DNA of 64,000 nt from Candidatus Kapaibacterium thiocyanatum (GCA_001899175.1 MKVH01000014.1:8907-72906), one strand, 5' to 3'. Shown: positions 37,396-47,287, counted from the first letter of the stretch. The notes: generated by a model from the sequence alone, not told the origin. Program-made: numbers and translations.

Positions 37396-38089
37396 GAAGA
37401 GGATCCGGCGTCAGCATGGCGAAGAGGGCTCCGATGGCTTGCTGGACGTTGTCGTGGACGTCGACGATGGACGCTTCCATCATGTAGCACGGTGCCGTGA
37501 TGATGTTGTTGCCGGCATCGATCGTGACTTCATGGACGGAATTCATATGCGTTCGTGCATCAAGTTTCTCCATGCCTGCGTTGACCTCGGCGATATCGTA
37601 GGGCGAAGCCTCTTCCGTCGTTCCGACGGTCAGATGCGGCTTGACGCCGGATCCTTCGAGAGCTTTCGCGATGACGGTAGGTCCCATGCAGAGACCGACG
37701 ACCGGTTTTCCTGCGTGGACCATGGAGACGATGAGGTTCTTCACGGCAGGCAGGATCGTCCCATCGGGACCATCGAAGGCCCATGAGGTGAGATTCTTCG
37801 CATCGCCGAATCCACCGGGAATGACGAGCGCATCGATCTCGTCGATCGTGATATCGGCAACGTTCCGGATGTCGCCGCGGGCGATGCGCGCCGCCTCCGT
37901 GAGGACATTACGCTGCTCCGGCATTTCGTTGCCGGTACGATGGTCGATGACGTGATGCTGTCGTACGTCCGGAGCCAAGCACAACGATGTCCCTCCACGT
38001 TGACCGATGGCCAGCATGGTGAAGACCGATTCCTGGATTTCCGCGCCGTCGTAGACGCCGCAGCCTGAGAGAAGTATGCCGATGGTCAT
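37388..38089 (-). CDS. elbB: ElbB/ES1 glyoxalase (DJ-1/PfpI superfamily)
   Basis: LLSGCGVYDGAEIQE, RNVLTEAARIARG, PGGFGDAKNL, ITAPCYM. Confidence 0.9.
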   Translation of the reverse strand: MTIGILLSGCGVYDGAEIQESVFTMLAIGQRGGTSLCLAPDVRQHHVIDHRTGNEMPEQRNVLTEAARIARGDIRNVADITIDEIDALVIPGGFGDAKNLTSWAFDGPDGTILPAVKNLIVSMVHAGKPVVGLCMGPTVIAKALEGSGVKPHLTVGTTEEASPYDIAEVNAGMEKLDARTHMNSVHEVTIDAGNNIITAPCYMMEASIVDVHDNVQQAIGALFAMLTPDPLHV

Positions 38090-38143
38090 GGTATTCTGTC
38101 GATGGTGATGATGTCGTCTGTTGGAGCTGGCGGCGGGCAGGAC

Positions 38144-38416
38144 TCATCGTCGTCCGGTCCGCATCATATCCTTCGTCTTCTTCGTGAACATGTAGACGAT
38201 GAAGAGAAAGGCCACGCCGTTGGCCCAGATGATACTGACGTCGGAACGGATGATGCCGTAGAGCAGCCAGAGAAGGCTGCCACAGAGCATCAGGCCGAGC
38301 ATGCCGATGCTGAGCTGATCGACGGCCTGCGTACGCCATACCTTGAAGGCCTGTGGCGCCAGTGCGAAGGTGGAGCAACTGCCGGCCATCAGACCGAGAA
38401 TCGTAACGTCATCCAT
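38144..38416 (-). CDS. SemiSWEET family sugar transporter
   Basis: 90 aa, three TM helices, PQ motif (APQAFKVWRT), LWLLYGI..IIWAN. Confidence 0.85.
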   Translation of the reverse strand: MDDVTILGLMAGSCSTFALAPQAFKVWRTQAVDQLSIGMLGLMLCGSLLWLLYGIIRSDVSIIWANGVAFLFIVYMFTKKTKDMMRTGRR

Positions 38417-39188
38417 GGAACGTCAATCGATGGTAGGCAGCCGTGATACGTTCGGGATGATTGCTCACCACGGCCTGGATGCCGTACGACAGTGCCTTGC
38501 GGAGATCGTCTTCCGTGTTGACGGTATAGACGCCGACAGGAAGTCCGTGAGCACGGGCATCGTTGGCGCGCGCGTGGGTGAGCTCCTGAAGCGAGCAGCC
38601 GTAGGCATCGGCTCCGCAAGCGCGTACCACTTCGCTGGGCATGCGCTTGTCGCCGGGAACGTTGATGGCGACGGTATGGAGCGTATTGTCGATCGACTTC
38701 ACGAGAGCCAACGTGCGATGATCGAACGAGGCGAAGGCCATGAACGGTCCGATGCCGACCCGATGGACGAGTGCGACGAGGTCGTGGATATCCTGAACGG
38801 TCGATGGGTCGTCGTCCTGCATCGGCTTCAATTCGATGTTGAGATAGGCGCGCCCCTCGAGTGCGGACAACGCTTCGCTCAGCAGGGGCACACGTTCACC
38901 CGTGAACAGCGGCGAGAACCAGGAACCTGCGTCGAGCTTGCGGAGGTCGGCGAGCGGTGTACGGCGTACGTAGCCATGACCGTTCGTGGTGCGGCCGAGT
39001 ATGGCGTCGTGGAATACGACGAGTTCGTGATCGGCCGTCGTCTGCACATCGAGTTCTACCATACGTGCGCCACCTTCCACGGCCATACGTAGTGCGGCGA
39101 GGGTATTCTCCGGTGCCATGCCGGAAGCGCCGCGGTGGGCGACGACGAAGAATGGTGTGGACCGGACGAATCGTGCGAGTGGAATCAC
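38409..39188 (-). CDS. Glycerophosphodiester phosphodiesterase
   Basis: AHRGASGMAPENTL, ELDVQ, VFHD, NIELK, YTVN, VSNHP. Probable GTG start overlapping the fmt stop. Confidence 0.9.
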   Translation of the reverse strand: MIPLARFVRSTPFFVVAHRGASGMAPENTLAALRMAVEGGARMVELDVQTTADHELVVFHDAILGRTTNGHGYVRRTPLADLRKLDAGSWFSPLFTGERVPLLSEALSALEGRAYLNIELKPMQDDDPSTVQDIHDLVALVHRVGIGPFMAFASFDHRTLALVKSIDNTLHTVAINVPGDKRMPSEVVRACGADAYGCSLQELTHARANDARAHGLPVGVYTVNTEDDLRKALSYGIQAVVSNHPERITAAYHRLTFHG

Positions 39189-40105
39189 GCAAATGTTCCT
39201 TCGACGGGGCCGCGATAGCCACGAAGCATGTCGGTCGTCTGCATGCGCTTCTTGCCGGGAGTCTGGATCTCGCTCAACAGCAATGCACCATCGGCACATC
39301 CTGCGAGCAGGCCATACGGCGTCATGCGAAACGTTCCCATCGGACATGTTTCGTCTGCGGGTGCGGCGTGATAGATCTTGAGTACTTCGCCGTTCCAGTG
39401 CGTCCATGCGCATGGTACGGGCGAAAGGCCATGGATGAAGTTACGCACATCGTGCCGTTGTTTCGTCCAGTCGATCCGGCTCGTCTCGCGGAATACCTTC
39501 GGCGCTGGCGAGGCCAGCGATTCCAGTTGCAGGATGGGAGCCGTCGTGCCGTCCAGGAGCATCCGCACGGTCTGTACGGCACAGTCCGCGGCCAGCGGCA
39601 TCAGACGGGCATAGAGCTCGCCTGCCGTCATGCCGTCGGGAACGTCGCAGCGTTCCTGCAGGAGGATGTTGCCGGTATCCACGACGTCGTTGAGTAAAAA
39701 GCTGGTAACACCCGATTCCCGGTCGCCGTTGATGATGGCATGATTGATCGGTGCCGCACCACGGTAACGGGGCAGAAGGGAGGCATGGACGTTGAAGGCG
39801 CCGAGGCGGGCCATCGTATAGATGGTGCGGGGAAGGATACGGAATGCGATCACGCACAGGATATCGGGTTCGAGGGCGGCCAGTGTCTCGGCGAAGGCGG
39901 GGTCCTTCAGCGACGCGGGCTGAAGAATCGTGTCGATGCCGAGATCCAGGGCTGCCCGCTTGACCTCGGACGGCTGTACGTTGAGTCCGCGTCCTCGTGC
40001 CTTGTCGGGAATGGTGACGACTGCGCGGACACCGAATCCGGTATGCAGGGCCTGCAGTGCGGGTACGGCGAATTCAGGCGTTCCCATGAAGATGATCGAG
40101 GACAT
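39185..40105 (-). CDS. fmt: Methionyl-tRNA formyltransferase
   Basis: IIFMGTPEFAVPAL, NVHASLLPRYRGAAPIN, VDTG, GLSPVP, QTPGKK. Confidence 0.96.
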   Translation of the reverse strand: MSSIIFMGTPEFAVPALQALHTGFGVRAVVTIPDKARGRGLNVQPSEVKRAALDLGIDTILQPASLKDPAFAETLAALEPDILCVIAFRILPRTIYTMARLGAFNVHASLLPRYRGAAPINHAIINGDRESGVTSFLLNDVVDTGNILLQERCDVPDGMTAGELYARLMPLAADCAVQTVRMLLDGTTAPILQLESLASPAPKVFRETSRIDWTKQRHDVRNFIHGLSPVPCAWTHWNGEVLKIYHAAPADETCPMGTFRMTPYGLLAGCADGALLLSEIQTPGKKRMQTTDMLRGYRGPVEGTFA

Positions 40106-40107
40106 GG

Positions 40108-40683
40108 TCAGCCGTGCATCGTTGGTTGATTCGTGAGGTTGCCGACGATGGACGCCTCGATGGCGCCGAACTCCGTCAGGCGCTGCTTGACGACGTCATG
40201 CGGGAAGTACTCGCGGGCGATGTCGGTATAGGCTCTGTAGTGTCCGGCTTCCGATGCCAGCAACGATCTGTACAAGGTTCGCAGCACGTCCGTGTCGGCA
40301 TGCTCCGCGAGCAGGGAGAACCGCTCGCACGAACGGGCTTCGATGAAGGCGCCGACGATGAGAGAGTCGAGCAGCCTGTATGGTTCCGCCGTACGGATGT
40401 GTTCGTGCAAGGCCTTGGCGTAGGCATTTCCCGTATCGGGTGTCAGTGTGATACTCCGTTGTTCGAGTTCACGAACGACGAGGTCGAAGTGTTCGATCTC
40501 TTCCTTGGCGAGATCGATCATGTCCTTCACGAGACGCATGCGGTCCGGATACCTGTTGATCATGGCCAGGGCAAAGGCTGCAGCCTTCTTCTCGCAATGG
40601 GCATGGTCGATCAGTATCTGTGCATGATGGGCATTGGCCACGGCCACCCATCCCGGATTGCTTTCACATTGGAGGCAGAGCAT
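40108..40683 (-). CDS. miaE: tRNA-(ms2io6A) hydroxylase
   Basis: LIDHAHCEKKAA, EEIEHF, IEARSCERF, SEAGHY diiron motifs. Start MLCLQ at 40683. Confidence 0.92.
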   Translation of the reverse strand: MLCLQCESNPGWVAVANAHHAQILIDHAHCEKKAAAFALAMINRYPDRMRLVKDMIDLAKEEIEHFDLVVRELEQRSITLTPDTGNAYAKALHEHIRTAEPYRLLDSLIVGAFIEARSCERFSLLAEHADTDVLRTLYRSLLASEAGHYRAYTDIAREYFPHDVVKQRLTEFGAIEASIVGNLTNQPTMHG

Positions 40684-40687
40684 GGGA

Positions 40688-40695
40688 CAAAGATA
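40688..40695 (-). promoter_or_regulatory. -7 promoter box TATCTTTG, 4 nt before the miaE ATG
   Basis: Minus strand reads TATCTTTG-tccc-ATG. Confidence 0.6.
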
Positions 40696-40817
40696 TGACC
40701 GAAGCGAGCCATGGCGGGTATGTAATATGCTCCGGCCGCACGTGGACACGACGGCGCCGCCGTATCCGTTCGGACAGGGCGGCGTCATGGATCCGTTCCG
40801 TGGTACGAAGGTATCTC

Positions 40818-42119
40818 CTACTTCAGGAGTTCCAGGGCCTTCTGTACGATACCGGCGAATCTGGCGTCGTCCACGGGTTCCTTCGTATTCATCCACGAAC
40901 AGGAGATCGAATACCAGTCCCCGTCGGTCGCGCGAAGGAGGTAGGTCATATTGATGACGCCGGGCTCGGAGCCGCCCTTGTAGCCTGCATAGCTCCAGCG
41001 ACGTTCGTCAACCGTGACTCCCTTGTTGATGCCGAGGACTCCGAGAACGGGAGAGAGCTTCGGCTTGTCGGCCTGCATGCGGAGCCAGTTCATGGCCTTC
41101 GTGAGATCGGGCGTGGTGGCGAACCATTCGACCTTGTCCGGTATCACCACCTTGTCGGCCATGGCTACGTCGGACAGGGGAAGGGGAGCTATTTCCTTGC
41201 CGAGCATGTCCATGCGTTGTTTCGCATCGAGGGAAGCGTATCGTTGGGCACGGGAAGCGTCTTCGGTGAACTTGATGAGGAACATGTCACGCGTCGTCAT
41301 GAACGGACTGTTGAGTACGGATTGCCTGTGCCCCATGACCGCCTGGATGGCTTCCACCTTGTCGCGTCCGAGATGGAGAAGGAGATGATCCGTTGCCGTG
41401 TTGTCGGAAATGCTGATCATCAGCGATGCGAGCGTGTGGAGCGTGACGGGTGAGCCATGTGGCCACTTCTGCAGGATGCCTGACGGTAACGAGAACCTGT
41501 TCGAATCGAGAGCGATGACTTCGTCCCATCGATGCTGCCCTGCATCGATGCTCCGCACGAGCTCGCCCAGAATGTAGAGCTTGAAGGTACTGCCGATCGG
41601 CAGTGCCGCATCGGGATTGTAGGAGGCGACGGTCGTTCCCTTCGTCAGATTGACGGCATGGAGTGACGTCGTACCGGGGAAGGTCTTGAGATCGGCCAGG
41701 AGGCTGTCCATCGTGGCGACGTTCTTCGACGGCGGACGCAGCATGAGGCCGGAAATGCGGTGAGGCGGTTGCGATTCGATACGGATGTCGACGGGGACAG
41801 TGTATCCGCCCGACGTCTGCATGGCCGTCGAAGCTGCCCATTCACCTTCGCGCTTCGTCAATGCCCATCCCGTGCACGTTCCTGCCATCGTCTGAAGCTG
41901 CTGGATACCGGCCAGGAGTCGTGGGATCGGGACTGCCTTGACGAATTCGTTCGTGAACATGGTGTCGAGACCACCGGGCATCGGCGTGAAGGACGTGCAG
42001 AGCTGATCCATACGTCTGCTCAGGGGGTCCCCTCCGGATGCCGGTTCCAGGGCGAACGCCGAACCGGCGCCGACGACGCAGGAAATTCCGATGATAAACG
42101 AACGTAGCATCCGGGGCAT
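40818..42119 (-). CDS. Secreted serine hydrolase, class A beta-lactamase-like fold, with extra N-terminal domain
   Basis: Signal peptide; GSTFK (SxxK), SISDN (SDN), YKGGSEPG (KTG-like). GGAG precedes ATG 42119. Confidence 0.85.
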   Translation of the reverse strand: MPRMLRSFIIGISCVVGAGSAFALEPASGGDPLSRRMDQLCTSFTPMPGGLDTMFTNEFVKAVPIPRLLAGIQQLQTMAGTCTGWALTKREGEWAASTAMQTSGGYTVPVDIRIESQPPHRISGLMLRPPSKNVATMDSLLADLKTFPGTTSLHAVNLTKGTTVASYNPDAALPIGSTFKLYILGELVRSIDAGQHRWDEVIALDSNRFSLPSGILQKWPHGSPVTLHTLASLMISISDNTATDHLLLHLGRDKVEAIQAVMGHRQSVLNSPFMTTRDMFLIKFTEDASRAQRYASLDAKQRMDMLGKEIAPLPLSDVAMADKVVIPDKVEWFATTPDLTKAMNWLRMQADKPKLSPVLGVLGINKGVTVDERRWSYAGYKGGSEPGVINMTYLLRATDGDWYSISCSWMNTKEPVDDARFAGIVQKALELLK

Positions 42120-42173
42120 GAACGTCTCCATAGTGGTGGATGGAACTGGCATGATTTTTACTTCCTGAAGAAC

Positions 42174-42293
42174 ATGCAATATACCGTGCATCATCTTCCG
42201 TGTATCTCCAAGCTGGACGCCGTCAACCCGGTGTCGTGCGTCGTCGTGTTCGACGTGGAACCGATACATAGGAGAATTGCCGGATACGGATAG
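42174..42293 (+). CDS. Putative 39-aa attenuator leader peptide MQYTVHHLPCISKLDAVNPVSCVVVFDVEPIHRRIAGYG
   Basis: ATG 42174 to TAG 42293, translated by hand. Its 3' codons contain the antiterminator arm; the stop lies 25 nt before the terminator stem. Confidence 0.45.
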   Translation: MQYTVHHLPCISKLDAVNPVSCVVVFDVEPIHRRIAGYG

Positions 42294-42318
42294 AAGAACA
42301 GACTAGTTACGTGCAGAC

Positions 42319-42362
42319 CGAGGCGATTCTCCGAACCAGGGGAATCGCCTCGTTGTTTTTTC
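42319..42362 (+). terminator. Intrinsic terminator (attenuator) immediately upstream of the MFS gene RBS
   Basis: 14-bp stem CGAGGCGATTCTCC / GGGGAATCGCCTCG (one G-U), 6-nt loop GAACCA, tail TTGTTTTTTC, then AGGAGG and ATG 42373. Confidence 0.8.
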
Positions 42363-42372
42363 AGGAGGGATC

Positions 42373-43605
42373 ATGGAACGAAGGGTACGCTTGAAAAGGA
42401 ACATCACGTTGCTGCGGATCCTGCAGATCGTGCGTTCATTCACACTCACCATTCCGATCATCGTCATTTTCTACAAGTCGGCGGGGATGTCGATCCAGGA
42501 CGTCATGCTGCTGCAGGCCATTTTCGCCGCCATCATCGTCGTGGTCGAAGTACCGTCCGGCTATTTCTCCGACGTTCTCGGACGACGGAAGACGCTCATG
42601 ATCGGAAGTATCTTCGTGGTCGCGGGGTGGGCCTACTATACCGTCGCATCGTCGTTCGGCGGCTTCTTCGTGGCCGAGCTCCTGCTCGGCATAGGATTCA
42701 GTTTCCATTCGGGAACGGATTCGGCATTGCTCTACGATACGTTGCTCGAACTCGGTACGACGGAGCGCAGCGTGCGTGAAGAGGGGGCCCAGCTTTCGGC
42801 GGGGAATTTCGCAGAAGCCGTGGCCGGTGTACTCGGTGGCCTGCTGGCGGGTATTTCCCTGATCACACCGTTCCATGCACAGGCCATCGTGACCATCGTG
42901 CTTCTGCCTGCATCCTGGATGCTCGTCGAACCCATCGTCCATCGTACGGAGGGAAGGGCCGCGAGCATGCGGGACGTGCTGGCCACGGTACACGATGCCA
43001 TGGTGAAGAATGCCGAGCTGCGATGGATCATCATCGCAGGGTCCATCATGGGAGCCTCGACGTTGACGATGGTCTGGCTGCTCCAGCCCTACATGTTGAA
43101 CGTGGGAGTACCCGTGGCCTGGTTCGGCGTCATCTGGGCCTCGCTGAATGGACTGGTCGGTGTGTTCGCCCTGCGCGCCCATACGCTGCAGGAGCGTTTC
43201 GGTGACCGGTCGACGGTCGTCCTGCTCGCCATCGCCGTCGCGATCGGCTATGCGGTACTCGGTACGTGGTCCACGTGGATCGTCCTGCCCGTCGTCGTCG
43301 GCTTCTACTTCGCGCGTGGTGTCGGCAACCCCGTCTTCGCATCGGCCATCAACGTCCGTGTGGCGAGTGAGCGACGCGCGACCGTGCTGTCCGTCCGACA
43401 GCTGGGGATGCGCGTGATCTTCATGATCGTCGGTCCCGTCGTGGGATGGGTGAACGACAACGTATCGATGAGTGTGGCGCTCTACGTTTCCGCGCTCGTG
43501 TTCGGAATGTCGTCCCTTGTCGCCGTGTGGCTGTGGGGACGCAGTCAGCGTACGTCGAACGGTACGCTGACCTCGAACGTGGAGGTGAACAGTCGCATCA
43601 CGTAG
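42373..43605 (+). CDS. MFS transporter (efflux-type)
   Basis: EVPSGYFSDVLGRRKTL (motif A), SGTDSALLYD, ERRATVLS; about 12 TM helices; AGGAGG RBS. Confidence 0.92.
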   Translation: MERRVRLKRNITLLRILQIVRSFTLTIPIIVIFYKSAGMSIQDVMLLQAIFAAIIVVVEVPSGYFSDVLGRRKTLMIGSIFVVAGWAYYTVASSFGGFFVAELLLGIGFSFHSGTDSALLYDTLLELGTTERSVREEGAQLSAGNFAEAVAGVLGGLLAGISLITPFHAQAIVTIVLLPASWMLVEPIVHRTEGRAASMRDVLATVHDAMVKNAELRWIIIAGSIMGASTLTMVWLLQPYMLNVGVPVAWFGVIWASLNGLVGVFALRAHTLQERFGDRSTVVLLAIAVAIGYAVLGTWSTWIVLPVVVGFYFARGVGNPVFASAINVRVASERRATVLSVRQLGMRVIFMIVGPVVGWVNDNVSMSVALYVSALVFGMSSLVAVWLWGRSQRTSNGTLTSNVEVNSRIT

Positions 43606-44735
43606 TTACCGGCAGGCTTGTTCCGCATGTCGAGCGTACGTTCGACAAGACCCGATTCCGCCGCATCGTTCTCGATCTCGATCACGCGCCATCCGAAGGG
43701 ATTGGTGACGTAGAGCATGATGTGCTGCTGCTCGGGGATGGTATAGCGGATGCGGAAGTAGTTCGCGGTGTCGGCGTCCATCGTCACGGACATCGATGGG
43801 CGCCGTACGTCGCGGAGTTGCTCGACGTCGGCCTTCGAGCCTACGCGTGAATAGAAGTAGATGCGCGGTGTCCACGTGGAATCCGTCTGCTCGCTGACGG
43901 TATAGTATCCGCTGCCGTCCGCGGACCAGGTGATGCTTTCACCCTGCGTTTCGGGCATGTATTCGAGGGTGTCGGGTTGACGGGCGAACATCGACCGGAA
44001 CGATTCGCCCCGCTCGACGTCGCGTTTCCAATGGAAGACGTTGATGTAGTTCTTGACCAGCACTTCCCGTCCATCGGGGGAGACATCTCCTGCGACGGCG
44101 AGATAGAAGGGGAGTTCACCAACGAACTCGAGCGTGTCGACCACGCCCGTCCGCTGCGGATAGGCCGCACGATAGATACGGTTCCTGCGTTCGCGTTTGC
44201 TGATGACGTAGAGATCGCCCGTCGTGGGATCGGACAGCAACGTCTCCGCATCGCGGGCACCATCGGGATAGGCGAACTCGAGTTTATCGGCCGTTGCCGA
44301 CATCTTCGAGGCCGCGATCTTCGGTTCTTCCAGACGATAGACGACGATCGTCGGGGCCTTGGCCTCGTTATCGCCGATTTCGCCGATATAGAGATAGGAA
44401 CGTCCTTCGTTCGGCCCCGGACCTATGGCGATGTCTTCCCAGTCGCGATTCGTGGCATTGTCGATCTTCACTTCGGACAGCAGGTTCCCCTTGTCGTCGA
44501 TCGCGAAGATCCGCGCCTCGTCGCCCGAATCGTTCAGCGCCCACAGAACACCGTCCTGCATCCTGGACGCGATCAGTCCGGATGCCTCGTTGATGACGAC
44601 CGGGAGCTTCCCCGTCTGCATGAGGACGAAGTACGGCCGCTCCGATGGTTCCGGAGAGGATGTGCAACCTGCCGCATGCATGGTGGCGAGCATGCATAGG
44701 GCGACGATCGGGACGATGACGTTCTTCATGGTCAT
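43545..44735 (-). CDS. Secreted/lipoprotein beta-propeller (SdiA-regulated/phytase-like) protein with CTD-like tail
   Basis: Signal with HAAG-C; EASGL, WALNDSG, NRDWEDIA, LYIGEIGDN, DAETL, QGESI motifs; tail ...KPAGNYVMRL. 3' end overlaps the MFS gene by 61 nt. Confidence 0.7.
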   Translation of the reverse strand: MTMKNVIVPIVALCMLATMHAAGCTSSPEPSERPYFVLMQTGKLPVVINEASGLIASRMQDGVLWALNDSGDEARIFAIDDKGNLLSEVKIDNATNRDWEDIAIGPGPNEGRSYLYIGEIGDNEAKAPTIVVYRLEEPKIAASKMSATADKLEFAYPDGARDAETLLSDPTTGDLYVISKRERRNRIYRAAYPQRTGVVDTLEFVGELPFYLAVAGDVSPDGREVLVKNYINVFHWKRDVERGESFRSMFARQPDTLEYMPETQGESITWSADGSGYYTVSEQTDSTWTPRIYFYSRVGSKADVEQLRDVRRPSMSVTMDADTANYFRIRYTIPEQQHIMLYVTNPFGWRVIEIENDAAESGLVERTLDMRNKPAGNYVMRLFTSTFEVSVPFDVR

Positions 44736-47287
44736 CAGGCAACGATGAGGTTGACGAGTTTGCCCTTCACGATGATGCGCTTCACGATCGTCTTGCCATC
44801 GATCATGCGTTGCACGTTCTCGTCAGCCAGTGCAGCCTGTTCCATTGCCGCCTCATCGGCATCGGCGTCGATGACGGCCTTGCCGCGAACCTTCGAATTG
44901 ACCTGCAGGACGATCTCGACTTCACTCTGGACGAGTTTGGCTTCGTCGACGATGGGGAAGGATGCGAGATGGACCGACGTCGCATGACCGAGTTTCTGCC
45001 AGAGTTCTTCCGTGATGTGCGGTGCGAAGGGAGCGAGGCAGAGAACGAACTGTTCCATGGCGATGCGTGGACGTATGTCCACGGCCGTGAACTCGTTCAC
45101 GAAGATCATGAACTGGGCGATGGCGGTATTGAAGCTGAGGGTATCGATGTCCTGCCTTGTCTTCCTGATCGTTGAATGCAGCACGAAGTCCTGCTGTTTG
45201 TTGCACGGCACGTCCTGTACCGACGGATGGAGGGTTCCTTCCTCCGTCACGATCAGTCGCCATGCGCGGTTGAGGAACCGTGAAATCCCTTCCACACCCT
45301 TCGTATTCCACGGCTTGGACGCTTCGAGCGGTCCGAGGAACATTTCGTAGAGGCGGAGTGCATCGGCTCCGTATTCGGCGACGATATCGTCGGGATTGAC
45401 GACGTTGCCGAGTGACTTGGACATCTTCCGTCCGTCCTCACCCATGATGAGGCCCTGATGGAAGACCCGTTTGAACGGCTCCGGCGTCGAGACGTAGCCG
45501 TAGTCGAAGAGGACCTTATGCCAGAAGCGGGCATAGAGCAGGTGTAGCACTGCGTGTTCGCTGCCCCCGATATAGAGGTCCACGCCGGTTGCGCCCATCC
45601 AGTAGCGCTCCTTGTCGGTAGCGCAGAAGGTGGCATCGTTGTGCGGGTCGCAGTACCGGAGGTAGTACCAGCACGATCCAGCCCATTGCGGCATCGTATT
45701 CGTTTCGAAGCGTGCACGCTTGCCCGTCTTCGCGTCCACGAAGTCGATCCATTCCGGTACGGTCGCCAGCGGAGACTCGCCCGTGCCAGCAGGTTTGAAG
45801 TTCTTCACGTCGGGCAGGATGAGCGGGAGCTCGTCCGCATCGAGTGCGCGGCGGCTTCCATCTTCGAAGAACATGATGGGAATCGGCTCACCCCAGTAGC
45901 GTTGACGCGAAAACAACCAGTCGCGAAGCTTGTACTGGATCCGTCGTGCGCCGATGCCTTGGGCCTCGACCCATGCGATGAGGGCTGCCTTCGCGGCAGC
46001 CGTATCGAGGCCGTTCAGCGAGACGTCGGTATTCATCGAATTCACGCCGATCCCGGCATCGGAGAACGGAGCTTCGGCAACGTCGATCACCGTGCCGTCG
46101 GCAGGGGTCACAACCTGGACGATCTGAAGGCCGAAGGCGCGTGCGAACTCGTGATCACGCCCGTCATGCCCCGGAACGGCCATGATGGCTCCCGTTCCGT
46201 AATGTGCCAGGACGTAGTCGGCGATCCAGATTGGGATGAGCTGGCCACTGGCCGGATTGACGGCATAGGCACCGGTGAAGACGCCGGTCTTGTTCTTGTT
46301 CAGTTCCGTACGTTCGAGGTCGCTCTTGAACGAAGCGGCTTCGCGATAGCCGAGCACTTCACCGCGACGATTCTCACTGACGATATATTCAATGAGTGGA
46401 TGTTCCGGAGCCAGTACGAGGTAGGTGGCTCCGAAGATCGTATCCGGACGCGTAGTGAAGACCGTGATGGTATGATCCGTTCCATCGACGCCGAAGCATA
46501 CGTCGGCGCCTTCGCTGCGGCCGATCCAGTTACGCTGCATGTCCATGGTGGACGACGGCCATTCCAGCCCGTCGAGGTCCTGCAGCAGACGCTCAGCGTA
46601 GGCCGTGATCCGCAGCATCCATTGACGCATCGGACGCCGTTCGACGGTATAGCCCTTCTCCTTCCATTCATCGACTTCCTCGTTCGCGAGTACCGTTCCG
46701 AGTTCCTCGCACCAGTTCACGGGAATCGACGCGATGAAGGCCAGCCTCTTGCCGTCCTTGTAGAGTTCGATCTCGAGAGGATCTACGATGTCGGCCGGTA
46801 TCGGCAGTTCATCGATATGTCGTGCGCGCCCGGCTGACTCGTCGTACCATGAATTGTAGATCATGAGGAACATCCACTGCGTCCAGCGATAGTAGGACGG
46901 TAGCGTGGTGTTCACTTCGCGGCTCCAGTCGTAGTCGAAGCCGACCAGATTCAACTGGCGTTTGAAGTTGCCGACGTTCTGTTCGGTAGCGACGGACGGG
47001 TGGATACCCGTCGTCATCGAATAGCGCTCGGTAGGCAGGCCGAAGGCATCGAATCCCATCGGATGCAGGACGTTGTATCCGCACATGCGCTTGAACCGCG
47101 ACACGATGTCCGTGGCCGTATATCCTTCCGGATGGCCGATATGGAGGCCTGCGCCGGATGGGTAGGGGAACATGTCGAGCACGTAGTACTTCGGACGCGA
47201 CGTATCGTCGGATACCCGATAGACGTTCGTGTCGATCCAGTTCTGTTGCCACTTGCGTTCGATGTCGGAAAACGGATAGAAGGACAT
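44735..47287 (-). CDS. leuS: Leucyl-tRNA synthetase
   Basis: Start MSFYPF at 47287. LDMFPYPSGAGLHIGH, QRNWIGRSEG, FTTRPDT, DWLFSRQRYWGEP, KMSKS. Confidence 0.98.
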   Translation of the reverse strand: MSFYPFSDIERKWQQNWIDTNVYRVSDDTSRPKYYVLDMFPYPSGAGLHIGHPEGYTATDIVSRFKRMCGYNVLHPMGFDAFGLPTERYSMTTGIHPSVATEQNVGNFKRQLNLVGFDYDWSREVNTTLPSYYRWTQWMFLMIYNSWYDESAGRARHIDELPIPADIVDPLEIELYKDGKRLAFIASIPVNWCEELGTVLANEEVDEWKEKGYTVERRPMRQWMLRITAYAERLLQDLDGLEWPSSTMDMQRNWIGRSEGADVCFGVDGTDHTITVFTTRPDTIFGATYLVLAPEHPLIEYIVSENRRGEVLGYREAASFKSDLERTELNKNKTGVFTGAYAVNPASGQLIPIWIADYVLAHYGTGAIMAVPGHDGRDHEFARAFGLQIVQVVTPADGTVIDVAEAPFSDAGIGVNSMNTDVSLNGLDTAAAKAALIAWVEAQGIGARRIQYKLRDWLFSRQRYWGEPIPIMFFEDGSRRALDADELPLILPDVKNFKPAGTGESPLATVPEWIDFVDAKTGKRARFETNTMPQWAGSCWYYLRYCDPHNDATFCATDKERYWMGATGVDLYIGGSEHAVLHLLYARFWHKVLFDYGYVSTPEPFKRVFHQGLIMGEDGRKMSKSLGNVVNPDDIVAEYGADALRLYEMFLGPLEASKPWNTKGVEGISRFLNRAWRLIVTEEGTLHPSVQDVPCNKQQDFVLHSTIRKTRQDIDTLSFNTAIAQFMIFVNEFTAVDIRPRIAMEQFVLCLAPFAPHITEELWQKLGHATSVHLASFPIVDEAKLVQSEVEIVLQVNSKVRGKAVIDADADEAAMEQAALADENVQRMIDGKTIVKRIIVKGKLVNLIVA

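Noticed and set aside
40753-40786. GC-rich hairpin between the serine hydrolase and miaE
   Set aside because: Imperfect on the transcribed strand and has no U-tract; cannot be called a terminator or riboswitch.
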